From Chiloscyllium plagiosum (taxonomy: Eukaryota), in NCBI RefSeq assembly GCF_004010195.1, contig NW_025215162.1:1-38395 (forward strand): a DNA stretch of 38,395 nucleotides, written 5' to 3'. Positions within the stretch are counted from its first letter, which is position 1. Every line of letters begins with the position of its first letter. Below are positions 30,540 through 38,395 of the stretch, one piece after another. Made by a program: the position numbers and the translations under genes. The notes beneath the pieces were generated by a model. That model was not told where the DNA came from and ran no database searches. It saw nothing but the letters and a program-made list of their open reading frames with translations.

Positions 30540-33375
30540 ATGCTTTTAGTTGCAGAGTAGGAAGTAATGCTTTGGTTCAAGAGGCTTCAGTGAGCAGCAG
30601 CTCAGCAAAAGGTGCAGGTACGCTCAGGTAAGCTCCTTTTAACTTTAGTTTTAGAGCAGTCGAGATGGCAGTTAGGGCAGTTGCACGTTCCTCTTGCAGG
30701 ATGTGGGCGCTCAGGGAGATTTCAACTTGATGCGTACACGTGTGTGGAAAGTGCAGCCAGCTGCAGCAGCTGGGAGACCATGTTCAGGAGTTGGAGCTGG
30801 AAGCACTCAGGATCTTTCGAGATACTGTGAACTTCATTGATAAGAGCTTTAGCGAGTTGGTACACCCAGGTCCCTCTCTTAGCCATGTTTCTGTAATGAC
30901 TGTCATATTCCAGTCCCATGTAAAGACCCACACCTTGAATTCATCTGTCTTACCTGTCAGCCCTATTGCATTTAAATAAACGCAATTTAATACAACACGC
31001 ATTCCTTGCTTCCTGTCGTGTTCCAGGCAGAGTGGCTGGGCTAGCAATGGGAATTGCAAAGGGAGGAGGAACAGCGCGCAGGGATCCCCTGTGGTCATTC
31101 CCCTCAAAAACAAGTAAACTATTCTGAATATTAATTTTGTGGGGTGGGGAGAAGTGTGTCAGTAGTTGCACTATGACTGGCTTTGTGGCACAGCTGGAAA
31201 GGATAAGGAAAAACAGGGTCTTAGAGATAGAAGAGTCGATTGTTAGAGGGACAGATCAGAGATTCTATGGCCTCAAATTGGAATCCAGGACGGTGAGTTG
31301 CCTCACAGGTGTCAGAGTTCAGGATGACTCCCTTAAGGGGGAGGGGGAGCATCCAGAAGTCACTGTGCACGTTGGCACAAATGACACAGGTAGATATAGG
31401 AATGAGGTCCCATAGGATGATTATAGAGACTGAGGAGAAAAGTAAAATAAAGAACCTCGACAGTGGTAATCTCCCGACAGGTGGGGGGGGGGGGGGACGG
31501 ATTCTTATTTTTAGATCATTTGGATCTTTTCTGTGTCAGAGTTGACCTGTTCAAGAGGGATGTGTTGCACATGCAATGGAGGAAGGAACCAATATCTTTG
31601 CAGCCACAAAGGAGGTTTTAAACCAAATTTGCGGGGGCTGTTGTCCTCAAGAGCAGGGAGGAAAGTGCGAGGCTGAAAGGAGATACAGTAATCAGAAACA
31701 GTTAAGTGAAGGGACAGGTCAGGCTGGAACATGATAGGGAGTAAGGAATGGCTGTTGGATTAAATCGCGTTTGTTTCAATGCCAGAGGACTGACAGGAAA
31801 GGCTGATGAACTCAGGGTGTGGATAGGTAATCGGCGCTGGGATAGTTTAGTTATTACAAAAACATGGCTGATAGATGGATAGAACTGGTAACGTAATCTA
31901 CCAGAGTAAACTGCATTCGGAGGGACAGAGATGGTTGAAGAACGGGAGGGGGAGATACATTTTTGAGTAAGACGTGTATCACAGCACGAATCGGAAATGA
32001 AATAACTAAAGCATCAACCAGTGAGGTTTTGTGGGTGGAGGTAAGAAATAAGAAGGGTATGGTGACATTATTGGAGTTGCACTATAGGCCCCCAAATAGT
32101 CAACAGGAATTAGAGGAACAAAAGCATGTCGAGAGATTGGGGAGAATTGCAGGAACAGTAGGGTTATCACAATAGGGGTTTTAATTTTTTAAAAATAGAC
32201 TGGGACTTCCAAAATGTCAAGGGATTTGATGGGATGGAGTCCATTAAGTGCGTCAGGAAAGTTTCTGCAAGCAGTATATTGAGGGTCCTAATCGGGAAGG
32301 GGCAAAATTTGACCTATACGTAAGAGATAGGACAGGATAGGTGAGTGAGGTGACAGTGGATGTACACTTTGGGACCAGTGAACGTAGGTCTATTAATTTT
32401 AAAATAGTTATGGAGATGGAAAAAAAGTGGTTCTAAATTGGGGGTGGTGTGTTTTGATGGAATTGGACTGGAGTGCGAAGGGGTTGATTGGAGTAGTCTG
32501 CAAGCAAAGGGACCTCCGGCAAGTAGGAGGCATTTAAAAGTGAAACAGTTGGAGTTCAAGATCTGTGTGTTCCAGTGAGGGTGAAAGGAAATTTGACAGG
32601 AATGAGTGACCCTGGAAGACAAGAGACATTGAGGCACTGACCAGAAAAAAAATGTGGAGGCATGGCTCAGGTCCTGGCAACTGGGATCAAGGGAATCCCT
32701 AGAGATGTACAGGGGATACAGGAGTTCACGAAAGAAGGAAATCAGCAGGGCGAAAAGGGGGCATGAGGTAGCCTTGGCTGAGAAGATCAGGATGAATCCA
32801 AACAGGTACTTTAAGTATATTAAAGAAAAATTATTAACGACAGAGAGAATAGAACCCAATAAACACCAAAGTGGACATGTATGTGTGGAACTATAAGAGA
32901 TGGGCAATGTCCTCAAAAAAATTCTCCTCCGAGTTTACCATAGAGAAAAACATGAATAGTTGGGAATTTGGGGAAGTTAGTGGTTATATCTCAGGGTCAG
33001 TCCATATCACAGTAGAGGAGGTATTGGATGTACTGGAATGTTTGAAGTTGGATAAGTCTCATCGTCCTTACCATATATATCCAAGAACTCTGCAAGGGCC
33101 TGGAGAAGAATTTGCGGGGGCCGAGCTGATAATTCTGATCGTCAGGTACCACAGGTGAGATCCCGGAAGACTGGAGGATAGCAAATGTATCTTTATTCAA
33201 GAAGGACTGAAAAAAAGCCTGGGAACTATAGATCAGTAAGCTTAACATCTGTTGTAGCTAAATTATTTGAGAAGATTCTGAGGGATAAGATGTACATACA
33301 TTTGTAAAACAGGGTTTGATGAGGAATAGTAAGCATCGCTTTGTGAGTGGAAGTTCACGCCTGTCGAATTTGTTC
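30540..33375 (+). mobile_element. CR1 LINE retaining its 5' half: ORF1 (Cys-rich region, coiled coil, SGNH esterase-like domain) and ORF2 (APE endonuclease up to the start of RT); pseudogenised and 3'-truncated
   Basis: ORF1: CGKCSQLQQLGDHVQELELEALRI, SIVRGTDQRFYG...VSCLTGVRVQD, VHVGTND. ORF2: NARGLTGKADELRVWI, LWVEVRNKKG...HYRPPNSQ, LAEKIRMNPNRYFKYIK, DKSHRP..IYPRTL, GEIPEDWRIANV, and an SKHRFV-like motif at about 33330. Confidence 0.9.
30871..31022 (-). mobile_element. Inverted fragment of a CR1 ORF2 N-terminus (APE start) inserted into ORF1 of the host CR1
   Basis: Minus strand reads VLNCVYLNAIGLTGKTDEFKVWVFTWDWNMTVITETWLREG. Flanked by CCAGG at 30866-30870 and 31023-31027. Confidence 0.85.
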
Positions 33376-33424
33376 TTTAATGACTTGGAAAGGAAGGTTG
33401 ACTAGAGTGGGCCGGTATACATCA

Positions 33425-33490
33425 AAACGTGTGGTGCTTGAAAACACAGCAGCTCAGGCAGCATCAAATGGGCAGGAGAATCGATGTAGC
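33425..33490 (-). mobile_element. Short Penelope-like terminal repeat fragment
   Basis: GTGTGGTGCTTGAAAACACAGCAGCTCAGGCAGCATCAAATGGGCAGGAGAATCGATG is a reverse-complement relative of 28585-28640. Confidence 0.6.
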
Positions 33491-33739
33491 TGTCTGGGAG
33501 AGAGAGGCCTCAATAGTCACTACCCTCTGAGAGAAGGAAACACTCCCCACACATATATCCTGACCAATTGACATGAACAAAAGATATTAACACAGTGTCA
33601 GTGTGAGTGGCCCTGACATCATGTTACGATTTGACTGATCAAGGTGCCCAGGAGCCTGACCAAGATTGAACTCAATAGGAATCAGGTGTGAACTCCCCAC
33701 TGGTTGGGTCATTCAGAATACAATGTGTCTGGTGGACAT

Positions 33740-33895
33740 CAATATTCTCCGTTCCTGGATATCTCTGTGCGGACTCCTCAGGGAACCTTTCTTGGCACAA
33801 ACATATTCAGCTCCTGCATCACTGTATTTCCCTCCATCATCCGATCAGAAGTGGGGATGTTCAGTGGAGATCACACAATGTTCAGAACAATGTGT
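33740..33895 (+). mobile_element. Reverse transcriptase core fragment of a second CR1/L2-group LINE family
   Basis: DISVRTPQGTFLGTNIFSSCITVFPSIIRSEVGMFSGDHTMF is a decayed GVPQGSVLGP...F(A)DD motif pair. Confidence 0.75.
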
Positions 33896-34149
33896 CACCT
33901 CCTCAGGTGCTTAAGTATCAATCCAAGACAAAATTCAATCTTGAGCTGTTAAAGAGTAGGCAACATTCATGTAACAGTACTCCTCGACCCTGCACATTTC
34001 CATGTTTAAAAAAAAGCTCATTCAACATCTCAAGCTGGTTTCACAAGAATGTGACCAAGTCATTCGGCCCATCAAAACAATTCGAAAAGAGACATGGGCC
34101 AATCTCTTTCTCTGGACAACTACAAAGGACGAGATTTTGAACAATAACT

Positions 34150-34515
34150 CTGCAAACGTTGTAATCCAATGTAGACAGGCAAGAGGCGGAAGAGAACAAC
34201 AAGCCAGGCACCATCAAGAGAAGTCAACACCTTCGGTATAACCCTTCTTCAGGGCTCGTGGTAGCGGTAAAGGAGCTACAGATAAAGTTGTGGGGCGAGA
34301 GAGGAGGAGTCAGGATGGTGAGGTTGGGATAGGTGAACACAGAGAGAGGGGTACCATTGGTTTTGAAGATGGGAGGACTGAATCCGGCTGGTAGCTGGAA
34401 GAAGGGTTGATCAGCGGAATGGAATGGAAGGGGACGGTCTGGGAAGCGAGTTGGCGGATTGGAAGGGAGGTTGTTTGAAATTGGAGAATGCAATTTTGCC
34501 TGGCCTGCAGTATTC
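34150..34515 (-). mobile_element. Penelope-like element 3' region with a decayed hammerhead core
   Basis: Minus strand has CTGCAG...ATTGCATTCTCCAATTTCAAA (IxFSNFK-type ORF end), a pyrimidine-rich spacer, then CCTGAAGAAGGGTTATACCGAAGGTGTTGAC and a terminus related to 28550-28685. Confidence 0.62.
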
Positions 34516-35102
34516 TGCCAAACCCCTGCCTGTCTAACATTACACAAGAAGATAAATAATCTAGTCAGTGCACCACGCTGGTAAGCAGGAACCAAGGGTC
34601 TCCCAATAATGTCCTCGGGACCTGGAGGAGGACATACGGCCCCTCGGAACACTAATGCATAAGAGAAGAAGCCATTCAGCCCCTCCAGACTGTAGCACAA
34701 AGGAGGATGTCATTGATTCTCTAATATGACAAATCAAAGAAGTATGAACTGCACAGACAGACTGCTCCATGTTGCTCCTCCTAGCTCCATTCCTAATGGT
34801 ACACACCTGTTACGTTAACGATACCATGGTTTGCTGATAGTGAAGAGGGACAACGGATAGTTTGTGCCAAGTCTCAAAGAGGCATCTCCCATCTCTGAGA
34901 AGACAGGATAGTGTTCTGTGAGGAGGTCAGAGGCTGGTGGGAATGGCTCACTCTTTCAGAGTGTGGCTGCTTACAGATTTGTGATCAACATGATTCTTCA
35001 TACAGGGTCACACACCAAATGCACATTGAGGCGGTGAGAGTTCATTCAGAGCCTGAAGCTCACTCTCAAACGACATGAGGCCCCACTCAGGTAAATATGG
35101 TA

Positions 35103-35255
35103 TCATAGAGTCATAGAGTCCGATAGAACGCAGGCAGGTCGATCAGCCCAAACTGCTCCACGCTAGCCAAAACGTCCATCCATAATAACCTCATTTCCTT
35201 GCACTTTTCCCATATCTTTCAATTGTTTCCTTCCGATATATTTGCCCAATTGTGA
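35103..35255 (-). mobile_element. Old CR1 LINE 3' end
   Basis: Tail repeat (TCATAGAG)2, like the tail at 26217-26230, followed by decayed 3' UTR and ORF-end sequence. Confidence 0.6.
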
Positions 35256-35842
35256 AAACATGTATTGCAGAAAAACAAATGTTTTCGATAACGCTATCAA
35301 TGTTATGCTTTGAAAATAATGAGTGTTGGTCCATTACCCTTAAGTTTTAATACAATTACACCTTATTCTTTTGTCGTGATAGAGATTATTTCCTTCACAG
35401 TCTCCTCATGATACCATCACCACACAGATTAGTCCGGTGAAACCACTTTACACTGACTCTCTGTGGCAATGTGATAATTCATTATAAAGGAGAGATAATC
35501 TGTACACAGTTTCCTTTTCTGAATAACACTCTACCACTGCAGGAAGGTGTCTTCACTCCTATACTTGAGTCATTTTGCAATGAAGGACAGTATTCTGTTT
35601 ACTGTGTTGATTACTTGCAACCTGGTATGAATTCTGTCAGTGACTCATGACCAAAGACACCCCGCTCATTTTCGCCATGGCTGATCCGATCCTCTAACTT
35701 CTAATAAATACAAAATTAAGAAGGATGGTATGTTTTGCAAAATCATTCCTTAGCCTCCCGAACAGCTGTGATCCAATCACAGCCACACCAACAGCAACAC
35801 CACTATTGCTAGTGGCGGAGGTTGGAGATGCTAGGAAGGCAA

Positions 35843-36290
35843 TGTCTTCGTGATACTATTTCCAGTTTATTAATCCAGGGATCCAGGTGTTGATCCACAC
35901 CCCGGAATCGAATCTCACCGCGGCAAACGGTGGAATTGGAATTCATTAAATTAAATGAAGCTATGAAACCATTATAAATTGTTAGAAAATCCTATCTGGT
36001 ACCCTAATGTCCTCCAGGGAATAGGATTTACCACTTTCAGATGGTCGGGGAACATGTGACTCCAGCAATGCATTTGACTCTCAATTGCCCGTTGAAATAG
36101 CCAAGCCAGCCGGTTAGTTATGTTGCTCACTACAAAGTCTCAAACAAATTAAAACCGGACGGACCTCAGCACTGACTACTTACAGCCCAAGGACTGCATT
36201 GGCCAGGAAGGCAGCTCAACAACACCTTCTCAAGGACAATGAGGAAAGGAAATTTAAATACTGGCCCAGCATCTTATTAATAAATAAAGA
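35843..36290 (+). mobile_element. Old SINE (DeuSINE/SacSINE1-like), decayed
   Basis: B-box-like GGAATCGAATCTC, body ATCTGGTACCCTAATGTCCTCCAGGGAA...ACATGTGACTCCAGCAATG...TGACTCTCAATTGCCC, LINE-like tail AGGCAGCTCAACAACACCTTCTCAAGG...CTGGCCCAGC and an A-rich end. The family name is from memory and unverified. Confidence 0.55.
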
Positions 36291-36744
36291 AAGATAATGA
36301 ATACACTCAGGGAAGAGAGACATAGGGACATAACTCAATTCAAACAGTGACTCTGATATAAACCCTGCATGGGCATGATTTTCAGTATTCTGGGAACAGA
36401 AGAAAAATAAATAAGTTTAACCTCGTTTTATATTTCCATTCCAGCCGATCACCTTCAATAGCTTTGTTTGCTTATTTTCTTTTATCTTTCTCTTTCTCTA
36501 TCTGTTCAACTCCCTCCTTCTCCTCTTCATAATAAACATCCCTGTCACCAACATCAATCACAATATTTTCAAACTGTATTCAGTTATGTTGAATGGGCAG
36601 TGGACTCGAAATTTCAGTTCTACTTTTCCCTCAACCCAAGGCTGCCAAATCTGCTTAGTTTCTGTAGCAGATTCTCGTTGTGTTTTTTTTTGTTTCTGAT
36701 TTCTTGCATGCTTCTTTGTTTTATTAAACTTCAATATTGTTATG

Positions 36745-37085
36745 AATGGGATATCTACATCGCTGGTAAGGGCAGCATTTAATGACCTCACTAAACGCTC
36801 TTTACTGTGAGGTCATTCTTTCCGGTAATATAGAACCAGGCACATTGTTGTGGGTCTGACGTTAGTCTTATGCCAGACCAGGTAATAATGCTAGATTTCA
36901 GTGAAATAGCTAAACTTATTGACAAACATCTTGCGCTGTGTTTGTTGATATTCGTGAAACATACTTTTATTTCCAATTCCTGCCATTTGAATTTACGTTC
37001 TGACATCATCTGAGGTAGGATTTGAAACAGTGCCTTTCTTGTCGTAACCTGGGTCTCTGAATTACATGTCCAGTGACAATGCTTC
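36745..37085 (-). mobile_element. Second old SINE of the same type, opposite orientation
   Basis: CACATTGTTGTGGGTCTGA...GCCAGACCAGGTAA...GATTT, GTAGGATTTGAAAC (B box on the minus strand) and CTGGGTCTCTGAATTAC mirror the copy at 35843-36290. Confidence 0.5.
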
Positions 37086-37530
37086 TCTGACACACTGTCC
37101 GTGTCGTGAATTTACTTTAGAGAGAAAAACAAGGTTCTGATGGACATATTTGTAACGGAAAGATGCTTAGAAGAGAACGGGAAACACAAAGTCTGAATTT
37201 TACCAAGGCATATTTAGCCCCCACATTGACGTCCAGATGGGAACTGGGAATATTACGGAGCTGGTAGTAGGCAGGTTTGCTGATGGAGAGAATACCGAGA
37301 AATAAATCAATTCAAGGCAAAAGGTAATTTGGGATTGTGAACTGTCTAGTCTCAGACGTTTATGAGGATTAGGATGTTGGGCGGTTCGGGGGTTTAAGGT
37401 AATGAATGGAATTTGTATTTGAAACTGAAGACAATACTTTCCGACTTGGCCAAATGTACATAACAGAAATAGGAATGAAGTTCACCTTGGCTTATGGGAT
37501 TAATTAATGGATAGAAATGGAGAGATTTAC

Positions 37531-37704
37531 CAGGAACACCAACAATAGCGAGGATGGGATAATAACCTCCCTGGATAATCATCAGTACACCATATATTCG
37601 AACTGATAATGTTGACCAAGACCAGGAAAAATAGAAAAGACCTCGTATAAACTCCTGTCCATTTTTGCAACATTCCAGTGTAATCTTCTCAGATTCTGAT
37701 CCAT
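37531..37704 (-). pseudogene. First coding exon of a GPR139-like class A GPCR, frame-disrupted (pseudogene, assembly indel, or uORF plus short N-terminus)
   Basis: Minus strand reads ...SVRIYGVLMIIQGGYYPILAIVGVP followed by a phase-1 splice donor CCTG|GTAAAT at 37531/37530. YYxxLxxxGxP is the start of TM1 in the GPR139/GPR142 family. The upstream ATG at 37704 (MDQNLRRLHWNVAKMDRSL) lies in a different frame that stops at 37584-37582. Confidence 0.75.
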
Positions 37705-37829
37705 TAATGGAACATTTCAGACTATTCTCAGATGTTTATCTCTCTTCTTATTGTCTTTGCAGCTGCTGAAACCTTTAGGTGTCGGAGGTGATGCATCTGC
37801 TGCTACAATGGGATAAAGCATTGCAAGAA

Positions 37830-37925
37830 GCCCCTGACTAATAGAAGAGGGAAGCCATCCAGTGTCACAATTAGGATCCATGGAGACTGACATCAACCAC
37901 AGTCACTGAACAAACAAAGCAGTTA
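37830..37925 (-). promoter_or_regulatory. Putative proximal promoter of the GPR139-like gene
   Basis: Lies 130-220 bp upstream of the ATG: forkhead-like TGTTTGT (37910-37916), homeodomain-like TAATTG (37868-37873) and a weak TATA-like TATTA (37839-37843). Support is position plus short motifs only. Confidence 0.3.
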
Positions 37926-38395
37926 ACTCCTTTCAATATGGTACCTTCAGATCACAATGCCAACTGGCAATTGGTCACACCTCCCATCACCAATTGCTCG
38001 AGGGAAGTTCGTTATGAGGGAAAATGATGGATGTTTTCTTATCACAGTCTCGATGATTCCGCTGTGTTGTCCATTTGCAATACTGTAACCACCTGAACCT
38101 CCCACCACCACTCCCAAAACACAATCTAGATGTTGTTACCGTGCTCCACGTCACTGGAACAGGGACCAACCAATAGATTTACAGTGGGCATATTTGCCCT
38201 GACCATGCACTGGAAGTTTGTCTTTGCTTGGGCATTCCTCTCAATGCTCTAATAAAGCAAGTTTGCATCTTCAGCACACAATGTGTTTACCATTTTTGTA
38301 TAAATTCACAAACACCGTAATGCACTTTATTGGTTTCAAAACAGTAAGCCGTATATGTATTGAATTCTGTCAAAATCAAATGTGGCATGTTGTCA

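Overview
Eukaryotic, repeat-dominated DNA, almost certainly from an elasmobranch (shark-type) genome, judged from an intact HE1/V-SINE, many CR1/HER1-type LINE remnants and a GPR139-like exon. Bases 1-21670 are one degenerate C-rich tandem array with a 42-bp unit (consensus read by eye: CCCTACTGTACTCCCTGTACACCCACGGCTGTGCCCTCAGCC; roughly 460-470 sequenced units). The array has kb-scale internal duplications, two N gaps, one young HE1 SINE and one probable solo LTR. Bases 21671-37100 are mostly decayed CR1 LINEs, Penelope-like elements (three with degenerate hammerhead-ribozyme cores) and old SINEs. At the right end, on the minus strand, is the first coding exon of a GPR139-like GPCR: its natural-looking start is out of frame and ends in a TGATG stop/start overlap, and I could not find exon 2. 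Nearly all ORFs in the supplied track are artefacts of the repeat or of the transposon remnants. I see no CRISPR array or prokaryote-type system. The best leads are the architecture of the 42-bp unit, two tail-less CR1 pieces patched into other CR1 copies, and the status of the GPCR gene. All alignments were done by eye, so boundaries of old elements are approximate.
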